Below are positions 30,658 through 40,490 of a stretch of 64,000 nt of DNA, piece by piece. The position numbers and the translations under genes are program-made. Each line of letters begins with the position of its first letter. The stretch's first letter is position 1. Below the pieces are notes generated by a model that did no database searches, had not been told where the DNA came from, and was given only the letters and a program-made list of their open reading frames with translations. Origin of the DNA: Candidatus Woesearchaeota archaeon (GTDB lineage Archaea; Nanobdellota; Nanobdellia; Woesearchaeales; UBA119); contig DAOSEK010000004.1 of assembly GCA_035363095.1 (NCBI GenBank), forward strand, positions 30,893 to 94,892. The letters run 5' to 3'.

Positions 30658-33195
30658 ATGAAATTTTTTAAAAACAAAAAATCCCAATTTTTTGCAATAC
30701 TCATAGTAGTATTTACATTAATAATGTTAGGCGTTATATTAGGAAAGCTTTTTGGCTCTGAATCAATATATCGCGATCTTAACAGAGCAGGGGATAGCGC
30801 TTTAGAAATAAATGATGCCTTTGGCAGACTAAATACTAATAATGAAAACCTAAAAAGGCTTTTATCTATTTCTTTTGATGATACAATCTCAACACTCTCA
30901 AATAATGCAGGATTTAAAGACATCCCTTGCGGGAATTACAGGAATGCAAATGTTATCTCCTTTAAAAACCCAGATAATGAATGCGCAACCTATGAAAATA
31001 TAAAAGAATCATTTATTAAAACACTAACTAATTCTCTTTTTGAGAGATTATCAAAAGAACAAAAAGAGATTCCAAAACCAAAAATAGAAAACTTTGAAGT
31101 AACACTATCAGATATTTCCTCAAATGAGCCAGAAAGTTTTAGTGAGCTTGAATTTATCTCACTTAGATCCAAAGAAATGATCTCCGAACCCATCAGGAGC
31201 ACCCAATTTTTAAAAGAAAATTCAGGATTGTCCGATACAATAACCACCATAACAACAACATCTTCCATAACAACCCCTGACTCCCTTCTCAATTCCTTAA
31301 GACCAATACCTCTTGAACTACTTTGCAATAAAACCGATTCAGAATGTGATAGTTATTATACAAAATATACAAATTTTGTAGGAATTGAAAAACTAAGAAG
31401 AATAGCAAAATTTTACAATCTAGAACTAAAATCTATTGTTATAACCCCTAAAAATCCAGAAGATGATACCCATTTAGCTTGTTTTAGCATTTTTAATTCG
31501 TCTGGTCCTTTGTACACAAGTAATTGTAATGGCCTAGGTTGCGATCCTAAAATAGACTTAGAAATAAGATATACGAACAGTTATTTACCTATAATTAGTA
31601 ATATTTCAGCAAGAAATTTTCCAAAAAAATGCATCCTTACAAAGACAAACGATCTTGATTCAGAATCGAAATATATACCTTATAAAAGTATTGACCCACT
31701 TTTTACAGATAATGTTTATTGTTTAGATATAGATCTAACAAATGATGAACACGCAAAGAAATCAATTAATCAATACAACACTAAAGTCAAAGAGTTGTTT
31801 GAAAATTATTTTGTAAATGGTTATCCTTCATTTCCAGATCCTAACGATAATCCTTCATCTCCAGGTCCTAATAATTACTTTGAAGCATATCAATTCTGTG
31901 TTCCATTAACAGAAAAACCAACAGCTTTAACAAACACATTAAACCTAAATGAGGGAATGTTTTCAGGAGCTGTATATGGTTATTTTGGAAGTTACTTGAG
32001 CATCCCTTATCAGTACTTTAAAAGATATAATGATTTGAAATCTGTAGTTCAAAACTTAATTGAATCAGATGATACTCAGAGTATCACAAGTGCCATCAGT
32101 AATACTAATCCTAATGATTACGAACAATTCAAAATAGAAGACGCTAAACAATTTGAAAAAAAACTCGAATCCCAATTCTATGATTTCGTAGATGAATTTA
32201 TTAAAACCATAGAATCTGTTGATTTGGAATGCATAAATTCTAATGAACTGATTGAACTCTACAAAAAAAGTTCAGATTTACAAAAATACGATATCCGCAT
32301 GAATTCTACACATTTTTATATTAAAATCAGTGACCCTGATAGTGAACCTCCTGAAATTCTATCAGCACCTAAGCTTAATGGATTTCGCGAATCAGTTAGT
32401 CCAATAGTACAGTTAAATTATTGCAAAACAGATTTATTAGGAGATTCATCAGAAGATCTATCGTACGAGTTTGTTATAGACCCTGAAAAAGACTACGATG
32501 TAATTATTCTAAGCTCAACTAGCAACAACAAAGGGAGGCTTAATTGGTACAAAATTAGTGAAAATACAGTGTGCCTTTCAAACCAAAAATTCTCAGAACA
32601 ATCAAAATTATACTTAGCAGAGAAATATATCAAGCAATTTCAAAGCAATACTGATGATACAGATAAAAATGCGCAATATGATTTTTTAATATCCCTAATA
32701 AAAAATTTAATTAATATAGGTTCTGACACTGATGAAAACTTTTGCGATTATTTGGATAATAGAAATTTCGATGTAAACGAAGTCTTTACTGAATGTGCAC
32801 AAGTCAATTTGGATGATGAATTCAAGTACTTTTTCAGTGAATTCAATTTCCCTGAAGAAGGTCTAAACACGGGTACAATGGTTGTTTTAGATTCAGGAAA
32901 AGATTTCTTTGAAAAACTTGATAACCTTAAAAAGAAAGAATGCACTCTTAATCAAAACTGGCATTCTTTAGTGTTTATAGATACCACCTACTCCTTTTTT
33001 AAGGAAGTAGAGATAAAACAAGATGATGATAACACGATAAAGCAAATAGAACTAGTAAATCCAATATATTTTGCATCTTTTTTCACTTCAAACAAAAAAT
33101 CAAGCGAAACTGAAGATAGTTCAGGGGATACAACAAATCCTATTTCAATTACAATAGGAGGTGCCGGAGAGGGAGATCAATTAACACCCGAATAG
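30658..33195 (+). CDS. Large (845 aa) pilin-like-anchored surface protein
   Basis: MKFFKNKKSQFFAILIVVFTLIMLGVIL N-terminus. Long Asn/Ser/Asp-rich extracellular part. Confidence 0.5.
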   Translation: MKFFKNKKSQFFAILIVVFTLIMLGVILGKLFGSESIYRDLNRAGDSALEINDAFGRLNTNNENLKRLLSISFDDTISTLSNNAGFKDIPCGNYRNANVISFKNPDNECATYENIKESFIKTLTNSLFERLSKEQKEIPKPKIENFEVTLSDISSNEPESFSELEFISLRSKEMISEPIRSTQFLKENSGLSDTITTITTTSSITTPDSLLNSLRPIPLELLCNKTDSECDSYYTKYTNFVGIEKLRRIAKFYNLELKSIVITPKNPEDDTHLACFSIFNSSGPLYTSNCNGLGCDPKIDLEIRYTNSYLPIISNISARNFPKKCILTKTNDLDSESKYIPYKSIDPLFTDNVYCLDIDLTNDEHAKKSINQYNTKVKELFENYFVNGYPSFPDPNDNPSSPGPNNYFEAYQFCVPLTEKPTALTNTLNLNEGMFSGAVYGYFGSYLSIPYQYFKRYNDLKSVVQNLIESDDTQSITSAISNTNPNDYEQFKIEDAKQFEKKLESQFYDFVDEFIKTIESVDLECINSNELIELYKKSSDLQKYDIRMNSTHFYIKISDPDSEPPEILSAPKLNGFRESVSPIVQLNYCKTDLLGDSSEDLSYEFVIDPEKDYDVIILSSTSNNKGRLNWYKISENTVCLSNQKFSEQSKLYLAEKYIKQFQSNTDDTDKNAQYDFLISLIKNLINIGSDTDENFCDYLDNRNFDVNEVFTECAQVNLDDEFKYFFSEFNFPEEGLNTGTMVVLDSGKDFFEKLDNLKKKECTLNQNWHSLVFIDTTYSFFKEVEIKQDDDNTIKQIELVNPIYFASFFTSNKKSSETEDSSGDTTNPISITIGGAGEGDQLTPE

Positions 33196-33199
33196 TCTG

Positions 33200-33334
33200 A
33201 TTAATAGAAAAGGATACCTCGTGTTTCAACACGAGGACTCGGTATGCTTTTTTGTAATCAAGAACCTCGCTTTAATACAGCGTATGCTTTTATATTACCA
33301 ACATACCTCGCCCTTTAGGGCGAGGTTGTTGATT
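33200..33334 (-). repeat. Family-A repeat copy A4 (reverse orientation)
   Basis: attaatagaaaaggatacctcgtgtttcaacacgagg...ccaacatacctcgccctttagggcgaggttgttgatt, starting 5 nt after the stop of the 845-aa gene. Confidence 0.75.
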
Positions 33335-33398
33335 CTTCATTTGCAAACCTAAAATTATTTATATTAATCTTGTATTTGCTTATTTAGGGGGGATTATA

Positions 33399-34388
33399 AT
33401 GTTTAACATTCCATACGATGAACTTGTAAAAAAGATAAGCGAGAAGTCAGAAAAATCCAAAGATGAAGTGGAAAAACTCATCAAAACAAAGATTCAGGAG
33501 CTATCAGGCCTTTTAACAAAAGAAGGCGCAGCACATATAATCGCAAACGAACTTGGCTTAACCTTGGTTGATTCAATAGAAGGCCGTTTAAAAATAGAGG
33601 CAATAGTTGAAGGTTTGAGAGGAATTGAAACAATAGGGCGAATCTCTAGAATATTTGACACAAACAGCTTCTCAAGAAAAGATGGAAGCCCTGGAAAAGT
33701 AAGATCTTTTATCCTAGCAGATAAAAACAGCTCAATAAGAGTTGTAATGTGGAACGAAATCGTAGACAAATACCCACAACTAAAAGATGGAGATATAATA
33801 GTTGTGGAAAATGCTTTAGTCAAAAAAAACAACACCGGCTCTTTAGAACTTCATTTAAATTCACAGTCTAAACTAATAATAAACCCTGAAGGTGAAGGAG
33901 AAGAAATCCCCATATCCCAAGCTGGCCCCAAAAAAAGAGTTATGATCTCCGAGCTGAAAGGAAGTGAAGGAACAGTAGAAATATTTGGCACAATCGTAAA
34001 TGTATTTGATATACGCTTCTATGAAGTCTGTCCAGAATGCCAAAAGAGATCCAAAAAAATAGGAGAATCCTTCATATGCCAAACCCACGGCGAAATAACG
34101 CCTTCATTTAACTATGTATTAAATGCAGTACTAGACGATGGTTCATCAACTATTAGAGCTGTTTTCTTTACAAAAGAAACCCAACTACTTTGTGGGCTCA
34201 CTGATGAAGAACTTTTAAAATACAATGGAAATGCAACCGAATTTGAAAAGGTAAAACACGAACTTTTAGGAAAACAAGTAATAATAACTGGAAACGTAGT
34301 AAATAACGAGCTTTTCTCAAGAATTGAAATAGTTGCAAGAGAAGTTAACCCTAATCCAGACCCTCAAGAAGAAATAAAGAAATTATAG
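33399..34388 (+). CDS. Replication protein A (ssDNA-binding, OB folds plus zinc ribbon)
   Basis: N-terminal helical domain (LTKEGAAHIIANELGL), OB-fold segments, CPECQKR...CQTHG zinc ribbon. Confidence 0.78.
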   Translation: MFNIPYDELVKKISEKSEKSKDEVEKLIKTKIQELSGLLTKEGAAHIIANELGLTLVDSIEGRLKIEAIVEGLRGIETIGRISRIFDTNSFSRKDGSPGKVRSFILADKNSSIRVVMWNEIVDKYPQLKDGDIIVVENALVKKNNTGSLELHLNSQSKLIINPEGEGEEIPISQAGPKKRVMISELKGSEGTVEIFGTIVNVFDIRFYEVCPECQKRSKKIGESFICQTHGEITPSFNYVLNAVLDDGSSTIRAVFFTKETQLLCGLTDEELLKYNGNATEFEKVKHELLGKQVIITGNVVNNELFSRIEIVAREVNPNPDPQEEIKKL

Positions 34389-34787
34389 CATTTTTTATCG
34401 AAAAATTCAATATTGCAATATTATTAAATAATATTAAAAATCCAGACATACTAAATATTTTTCCTTTATCGATTTGTGGATTTAAAAATAAAAAACAAAG
34501 AAAAAGCAATTGAAGAAATTTCTAGATTGAGCATTGAATCTGAAATGAAGATTAATTACATTCAACTTTTAACAATTGATAAAAATCATTATCTAAAATC
34601 CAAAAAATATTTCTACTTTTAACGATTTTTTAGGATTGCAATTAAAATAAATGAAGCCATCTTATACAAAGTTTTGGATATCAATGCAAAAACCTAGCTT
34701 ATCAAAGGTTTTCTGAAAAGAAATCTACAGCGTATAACGCAGGCAGTCGCTACATTTATATAATCAAGTGATTAATAAAATCATATT

Positions 34788-35267
34788 ATGGATAAAATAT
34801 TTAAATTAAATAGAAGTCATATAAAACATCTTCAAATAATAGATTTTGAATCAGAGCATCAAGGAGATAGAGAAAGGAAGATTAAGATGTCTGAAATGAA
34901 AAAAGGGATTCAAAATCGTTTTGATAAAGGTCATGAAATTTTCTTTGGCTACAAAAAGAATAATGAATTAGTAGGATATGTAACATTAAAACCTTTTTTT
35001 CCCGGTTATAAACATTGTGAAGTATATTGGCTTGCAGTAAAAAAGAAATACCAAGGACAAGGACTAGGAACTAAACTAATGAAATTTATTGAAAAATACG
35101 CAAAGAAAAACGGTTTTAGAAAAGTCTGTTTGTATACTGGTAAAGATATGAAACTCACAAGAAAATTTTATAAAAAAATTGGATACCAGTTAGTTAATGA
35201 ATTTCCAGGATATTATGGATATCAAACTGGAAACACTACTGCAGTTCTATACGCTAAATTACTTTAA
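34788..35267 (+). CDS. GNAT family N-acetyltransferase
   Basis: YWLAVKKKYQGQGLGTKLM acetyl-CoA-binding motif (Q/R-x-x-G-x-G/A). Confidence 0.8.
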   Translation: MDKIFKLNRSHIKHLQIIDFESEHQGDRERKIKMSEMKKGIQNRFDKGHEIFFGYKKNNELVGYVTLKPFFPGYKHCEVYWLAVKKKYQGQGLGTKLMKFIEKYAKKNGFRKVCLYTGKDMKLTRKFYKKIGYQLVNEFPGYYGYQTGNTTAVLYAKLL

Positions 35268-35310
35268 TAGATTGCAGTGAGTTATCTCAAAATATAAATA
35301 AATTCACAAA

Positions 35311-35547
35311 TTAAACTATTTTCCATTGAATTAATTCATCTAACTTAGTTGGATATTTGACTTTTAAGTAATCTAAGTAATCTTTTTTCAGTCCTAATTT
35401 GTCTGCAGTTTCTATCTCTTTCTCTGATGCTTTTCTATGAGCAAAGGTTTGTTCAGATAATTCCATGGTGTCTTCTAATAAATCTCTAATTATGTCTTCA
35501 TAACTTTCCTTATCGTACATTTTACGAGATTTTAAATCTTCTAACAA
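35311..35547 (-). pseudogene. Remnant or chimeric copy of the RelE-associated antitoxin gene (third copy, N-terminus missing, different C-terminus)
   Basis: 35447-35553 is near-identical at the DNA level to 39361-39467 (LLEDLKSRKMYDKESYEDIIRDLLEDTMELSEQT). Homology stops at 35553, next to the 27-bp direct repeat. Confidence 0.5.
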
Positions 35548-35560
35548 ATCTTTATAAGAG

Positions 35561-35588
35561 GCAAATAACCTTCAATTATTGGCAATAT
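35561..35588 (+). repeat. 27/28-bp direct repeat, left copy
   Basis: gcaaataaccttcaattattggcaatat; partner at 36862-36888 (1 mismatch). Confidence 0.8.
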
Positions 35589-35664
35589 CGCAGTTTTAGC
35601 CTCAGAATCAACTATGTTTTATTTTCAACAAGGTTTATATATTAGTGAATAAAATCATCATCGG

Positions 35665-36768
35665 GTGATAATTATAAAAGAAAAAAAACTATATTTTATA
35701 TTTTTAATATTTGTTGTTTTGTTTATTTCTGGATGCAAGGATATAACCGATTCTTATAAAGCTGGGTCTTTTGGAAAAACTGCAGAAGAAGATGCAATGC
35801 TAAATGCTATAACAAGTAAATATGGTGATATGACCAAAGATGGAAATCCCCGTTTCTTGGAAGCAACTATGACTTCAGAAGTTTATAACTTTATTCCAGT
35901 TGACAAAGTATCTGCATATTCAAATGAATCTGAAAAACTGATTGTTTGGTTTGTTTATGATAACTTCAAAAATGATGTTCTTAACATAAAATGGATTTAT
36001 CTAGACGATGATTATTCAATTCATACATTTACTTCAAAAACAGGCGATGATTTTGGTCGAGGAAGTTTTATACTCGAAATGCCTGAGGATGGTTGGCCTA
36101 TTGGATCTTATCGTGTAACAATTAGTGGGGCAGGAGTATCAGAATCAATTAATTTTAAGATTATCGATGGTCCAACAGTTTCATCGCCTCTAGACCTTTT
36201 GATTGCTGAAGAAACTCCAGAAACAAAGGATACAATAGATTCTGCTTCTGAAGATAGCAAGCCTGGCTGGTATCTTGTAGATGTTATCGATAAGGGAGAC
36301 AAGTACGATAGTACTCATCCATATTATTCTTATGATGTAGATTATAAGCGTGGCGACGTCACTACATCTGTCATTGGAGATGAGGGGGAAACATTGATCG
36401 TACGTACTATTTATAACGCACCTCCGGAATATATCCCTGCGGAGGGTGAAATTGCAATTCCTGTTAGTAAAGAGGGGGTCATGGTGCATACCGGTGGTTT
36501 GACAATGAACGATAAGAGTAATATTGTTTTGGATGCAGCAGATATTGACTTTGGTGCTGGTACTGGAAGTCATTATCGACTAAAAGATGAAACTTATGGT
36601 GAGTTTTTTACCCTTGGCTCAGCGGATTCAACAGGAACCTTCAAGGAAGGCATTTTTAAGGGTAAAGCTCCTGCTGCTAATATGTACCATGGCAAGATGA
36701 GCATCAAGTATGAAGTGTTCAGCATGGCAATGTATGGTACTAAGTATATCTATGAATGGAGAGATTAA
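35665..36768 (+). CDS. Lipoprotein, unknown function
   Basis: Signal peptide plus lipobox-like FISGCKD; 367 aa. Confidence 0.6.
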   Translation: MIIIKEKKLYFIFLIFVVLFISGCKDITDSYKAGSFGKTAEEDAMLNAITSKYGDMTKDGNPRFLEATMTSEVYNFIPVDKVSAYSNESEKLIVWFVYDNFKNDVLNIKWIYLDDDYSIHTFTSKTGDDFGRGSFILEMPEDGWPIGSYRVTISGAGVSESINFKIIDGPTVSSPLDLLIAEETPETKDTIDSASEDSKPGWYLVDVIDKGDKYDSTHPYYSYDVDYKRGDVTTSVIGDEGETLIVRTIYNAPPEYIPAEGEIAIPVSKEGVMVHTGGLTMNDKSNIVLDAADIDFGAGTGSHYRLKDETYGEFFTLGSADSTGTFKEGIFKGKAPAANMYHGKMSIKYEVFSMAMYGTKYIYEWRD

Positions 36769-36861
36769 ATCTGATTTTTCTTTTTTTTTATTTCATTAAA
36801 TCCAAATTATACCCATCATTTAATCTTTAAGGTGAAATTAAGAAGATACAAATATGTACAC

Positions 36862-36888
36862 AAATAACCTTCAATTACTGGCAATATG
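36862..36888 (+). repeat. 27-bp direct repeat, right copy
   Basis: caaataaccttcaattactggcaatat. Confidence 0.8.
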
Positions 36889-36942
36889 CCCTATGGCATT
36901 TATACTTGCAAGGTTTATTCTTTTTTAAAAAAAATGAAAAAA

Positions 36943-37146
36943 TCAAATAATTTCTCCTATTTGTACATCTTCGTTTTCTTCAACCCAACCAGTTAGCGCT
37001 TCATCTGCTACTTCATCGGATGAAACATCGGGTTGAGTTACAGTGATATCGCCTTGTTTGGCTGTTTCTGTTTTTGTTGTGCAGCCTGCGAGAAATACTG
37101 CAGAGATCACAACGAATAAAAGCAACAAGGTTATAGCATTTTTCAT
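36943..37146 (-). CDS. Small lipoprotein (67 aa)
   Basis: MKNAITLLLLFVVISAVFLAGCTT lipobox; 4-nt overlap with the upstream gene. Confidence 0.5.
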   Translation of the reverse strand: MKNAITLLLLFVVISAVFLAGCTTKTETAKQGDITVTQPDVSSDEVADEALTGWVEENEDVQIGEII

Positions 37147-38096
37147 TCTAAAGCACCTCTTCCTTTTGTTATATTCCTGATATTTTGTCCAATCTCTTTT
37201 GCTTTTTCAAGCCTATTTGAAATTGCATATGTTCTATTTTCAATAGTTGATGATCTTTTTTCTAAAGTACTTTGAACCTTAGCTTTTCTATCTGGGTCTT
37301 GTATTCTTTCAGTTGCTTTTGTGAGATAATCTAATCGTTTGGCTTTTCTTTCAAATATGTTAAGCCTTGCTTTCTCGATTTTTGCCCTAACCGCAACAAC
37401 TTTTCGGATTCCAGATTCTTTTAGCGTTGTCCAAGCAGACCGTTTTTCCTCTGATGTCATTGCTTGGAGAGCATCCCTTATTTCATTTCTGACTTCTTCA
37501 TTAGTAACTTCACCATTTTCAATCTTGGTAAGCAATACATCATTTTCAATACCTAATACATCAAAAGTCTTACTAACAATTTCTGCATTTTGAGCATATA
37601 TTTTATTTCGGATTTGCTCATTATATTGCTCAAGCTCTGTATTATTCAGCCCTTTGATTCTAGAAGCAATAGCTAATTTGTCACCTTGCTCAAGCAATCC
37701 CTTAGCAATCTCTCTGAATTCTTTTGAGATTTCGATTGCTTCGTGCTTAATATTGACAAACGCTTCAACTGCTTCTTCATCTTCAGGATCTAAATCTTGG
37801 ATTTCGAGTTTTAATGCTTCAAATTCAGTTATCAGAGCTTCTAACTCTGTTGCATCTTTTCCGTCTTCTTCAACCTGTGCTATGACTTCATTTCCTCCAA
37901 GTATGTTTATTGTTATAGCTTTCTCAAGTTGTAAAAGCCTCATTTCTGCACCTATTTTCTGACCCATTGTAAAGACTTCTACCATTGTATCTTGGGCAAT
38001 TGTTTCTTCCGTAAGCTCTTCTTGCGATATTACCATTGGAAATAGGCTTAAAACCAATAGTATAATCAGACCGATTCCAAATATCTGTTTTTTCAT
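37143..38096 (-). CDS. Secreted coiled-coil protein
   Basis: Start moved to MKKQIFGIGLIILLVLSLFPMV (ATG at 38096), which is preceded by ggagg. The track ORF extension to 38210 overlaps the upstream gene. Confidence 0.55.
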   Translation of the reverse strand: MKKQIFGIGLIILLVLSLFPMVISQEELTEETIAQDTMVEVFTMGQKIGAEMRLLQLEKAITINILGGNEVIAQVEEDGKDATELEALITEFEALKLEIQDLDPEDEEAVEAFVNIKHEAIEISKEFREIAKGLLEQGDKLAIASRIKGLNNTELEQYNEQIRNKIYAQNAEIVSKTFDVLGIENDVLLTKIENGEVTNEEVRNEIRDALQAMTSEEKRSAWTTLKESGIRKVVAVRAKIEKARLNIFERKAKRLDYLTKATERIQDPDRKAKVQSTLEKRSSTIENRTYAISNRLEKAKEIGQNIRNITKGRGALE

Positions 38097-38199
38097 TTTA
38101 TTTCCTCCAAGCGATTGTTTTAATCTTCGCTTAAAAAATAGTAATGTGGAACAACATAATAATTTTTGCCGGAATAAAGCGCAACAAGCCGAAACAAGA

Positions 38200-38925
38200 T
38201 TATTTTTCATCTGTTTTAGGTATTATCATAATTAGATTTGTCATACCTTTCGATTCCTTGATTAAAATGTTTTTTTTAACTAAAGATTCTATGTTTCTTG
38301 AAAGAGATGCTTTAGGAATTTTAATAGTCTTCTCTAATTCAGCCTGAGTCATACTTCCTTTATTATTCTGTAAAGTTTCAACTATCATTTTTTGCCTATC
38401 TGTCAAGGAATCTAATCTTAGGTTTAGTTGTAGCTTCTTCTTTTTTCTTAGAATGTAATATAAGACAGATACTATAAGAATTACAATTATTGTATTTATA
38501 ATCCAGTTGTTATTCTCGTTATCATCATTAAATGAGTATTGAGCCAAAAAATACAGAGGTTCTTCCTTTCCGGTTATTATAACAACAATTCGGTCATTAT
38601 CTTCTGTTATGGATAAAATATTTGGTGCCTTAAGAAAATTCAATGATACTTTCGAAGGAAACTTTACTTCTGCAATGTATTGGCTAAAATTATCTTCAAC
38701 AGAAACATTGACTAGCCAATACTTCTTGTTTTTTGATGTGAAGTCATCACTTTTTGAAATTGAAAAGATAGAAGGATGATTCGTTGAACCCGAAATATCC
38801 ACTTTGCCATCCGCACTTATGTCTAGTTGAATATCTGCATAATACATCTGAGCAAAAGTTAAGGGAGATAACAATAATACTATAAGAAAAATCCAATAGA
38901 TTTTTAATGTCCTTGCACAGATCAT
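38200..38925 (-). CDS. Membrane protein with C-terminal winged-helix DNA-binding domain
   Basis: Signal/TM, extracellular domain, TM, then LTDRQKMIVETLQNNKGSMTQAELEKTIKIPKASLSRNIESLVKKNIL (MarR/TrmB-like HTH). Confidence 0.55.
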   Translation of the reverse strand: MICARTLKIYWIFLIVLLLSPLTFAQMYYADIQLDISADGKVDISGSTNHPSIFSISKSDDFTSKNKKYWLVNVSVEDNFSQYIAEVKFPSKVSLNFLKAPNILSITEDNDRIVVIITGKEEPLYFLAQYSFNDDNENNNWIINTIIVILIVSVLYYILRKKKKLQLNLRLDSLTDRQKMIVETLQNNKGSMTQAELEKTIKIPKASLSRNIESLVKKNILIKESKGMTNLIMIIPKTDEK

Positions 38926-39015
38926 ATTTTAGTAAATTAATACGTATAGTATATAAATTTCACGTTTTCTAAAGAAATCCCCTATTTTTCTCATCTCAGA
39001 ACTACAAATTTTATT

Positions 39016-39276
39016 TTAAGCCCGTTTTTTATATACTTTTTTTCTATGACCCACTTCTACAACATGAATTATTAATTTGTTATCTATGATATCCATAACA
39101 ACTCGGTAATCACCAACACGCAATCTAAAATATTTTGATGCAACTAGCTTTTTTACATGATTATAAGGTCTTATTTGGCATCTCTTTATTGTAGAAATAA
39201 TTCTATCTTGAACATCTAATGGAAGTTTACTTAATTGTTTATCTGCAAAATCTGAAAAAGTTACTTCGTAAGTCAT
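39016..39276 (-). CDS. relE: RelE/ParE-family type II toxin
   Basis: 86 aa, ...YFRLRVGDYRVVMDIIDNKLIIHVVEVGHRKKVY, typical of RelE/ParE. 4-nt overlap with the upstream antitoxin. Confidence 0.8.
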   Translation of the reverse strand: MTYEVTFSDFADKQLSKLPLDVQDRIISTIKRCQIRPYNHVKKLVASKYFRLRVGDYRVVMDIIDNKLIIHVVEVGHRKKVYKKRA

Positions 39277-39494
39277 CTTTTCAACCTTGCTTCAACTTGT
39301 GCAAGAGTTTTAACTCGTCCAGCTCTTATATCTTCTTCAGATTTTCTAATATTTTCCAGTGTTTGTTCAGATAATTCCATGGTGTCTTCTAATAAATCTC
39401 TAATTATGTCTTCATAACTTTCCTTATCATACATTTTACGAGATTTTAAATCTTCTAACAAATCTTTGCTTACTTGAATAGTTGTAGTTGTCAT
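39273..39494 (-). CDS. Cognate antitoxin (73 aa)
   Basis: Start set at MTTTTIQVSKDLLEDLK (ATG 39494). The longer track ORF (to 39692) runs through the junction repeat. Confidence 0.7.
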   Translation of the reverse strand: MTTTTIQVSKDLLEDLKSRKMYDKESYEDIIRDLLEDTMELSEQTLENIRKSEEDIRAGRVKTLAQVEARLKR

Positions 39495-39561
39495 AGAAAG
39501 TATATAATGTGCTATAGTATATAAATATTTCGTTTTTTTAGGGGTTAAAATAAAATTAGAC

Positions 39562-39585
39562 ATAACATCGGAATTCCTGTTAAGT
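39562..39585 (+). repeat. Cassette-junction core hairpin C0a (attC-like)
   Basis: ataacatcggaattcctgttaagt. Confidence 0.8.
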
Positions 39586-39934
39586 TTGTTTCCAGCTATG
39601 AACGAAGTGGAGTTTGGAAAACCTGCATCCGCAACGTAAAATTTCCATTTCCAATAGATATCAACCGCAGGTAGTGTATGTGTACTAAGCACTGTGGAGT
39701 TCCGTTCAAAAGATTAAAATAATGATTAATATATTTAAAGGTTGAATAAATATTAATAGTATCATGGAAGGGTTATATTTTGTAAGATTGTAAACGAAAA
39801 ATCATCCTGTTGAAAAGTTTATGAAGATGAATTTCAGCATAAAAGAGTATCGTATTAATCGGAACCATGAAGAAGAAAGAATACTCCTTATTATCTTCAA
39901 AACATTTATAAACATAGTTAAATAACAAAAGAAT

Positions 39935-40486
39935 ATGGGTAGGAGCGATTCATGCAACAAAGAGCCTGTAACAAAGTATCTTAAGCAATTCTCAAAAAAC
40001 AAGAGCATCTCAGTCCTAGATTTAGGTGTTGGCGAAGGCGATTTCGGCGCAATAGTCAAAAAAGTATTACCGCAAGCAAGACTAACAGGGGTAGAAGTCT
40101 GGAAGAAATATGAGCACTCACAATGGGCACTCTATGATACGCTTCACATGATGGATATCAGAAAATATCTTCAGAAAAGAAGGAACAAACGAGATGTCAT
40201 CCTCTTAATCGATGTAATTGAACACTTCAATAGACAAGATGGTCTCAAGGTGCTCAAAAGATTACAAAAGATGACAAATCAAAGCCTACTCATCTCAACT
40301 CCTATCACAAATTATCCCCAAGGAAAATATCTGGGAAACCCATACGAAGAGCATAAGCACTTTTGGTCAGATAAAGAGCTCGAGGAACTAGGATTCAAAG
40401 AGATATTCAGAAAACGAGTTTATACCTGGCAGAAGAAACCACGATTTGCTACACTCGGCATATTCGTGTACGAATCCAAAAGGTAA
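39935..40486 (+). CDS. Class I SAM-dependent methyltransferase
   Basis: VLDLGVGEGDFG motif I, LLIDVIEH. Confidence 0.7.
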   Translation: MGRSDSCNKEPVTKYLKQFSKNKSISVLDLGVGEGDFGAIVKKVLPQARLTGVEVWKKYEHSQWALYDTLHMMDIRKYLQKRRNKRDVILLIDVIEHFNRQDGLKVLKRLQKMTNQSLLISTPITNYPQGKYLGNPYEEHKHFWSDKELEELGFKEIFRKRVYTWQKKPRFATLGIFVYESKR

Positions 40487-40490
40487 TACT

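Larger units (their letters stand above)
39146..39636. repeat. About 490-bp direct duplication, copy 1 (5-prime part of relE, antitoxin gene, promoter, junction core)
   Basis: Near-identical to 42953-43443 (constant offset 3807). Confidence 0.85.

Noticed and set aside
39495-39692. N-terminal extension of the antitoxin ORF (track ORF 39273-39692; the same applies to 43302-43472 in the second copy).
   Set aside because: The extension reads straight through the junction core and its covarying-stem module. The conserved protein begins at MTTTTIQVSK, which has a TATA-like box upstream.
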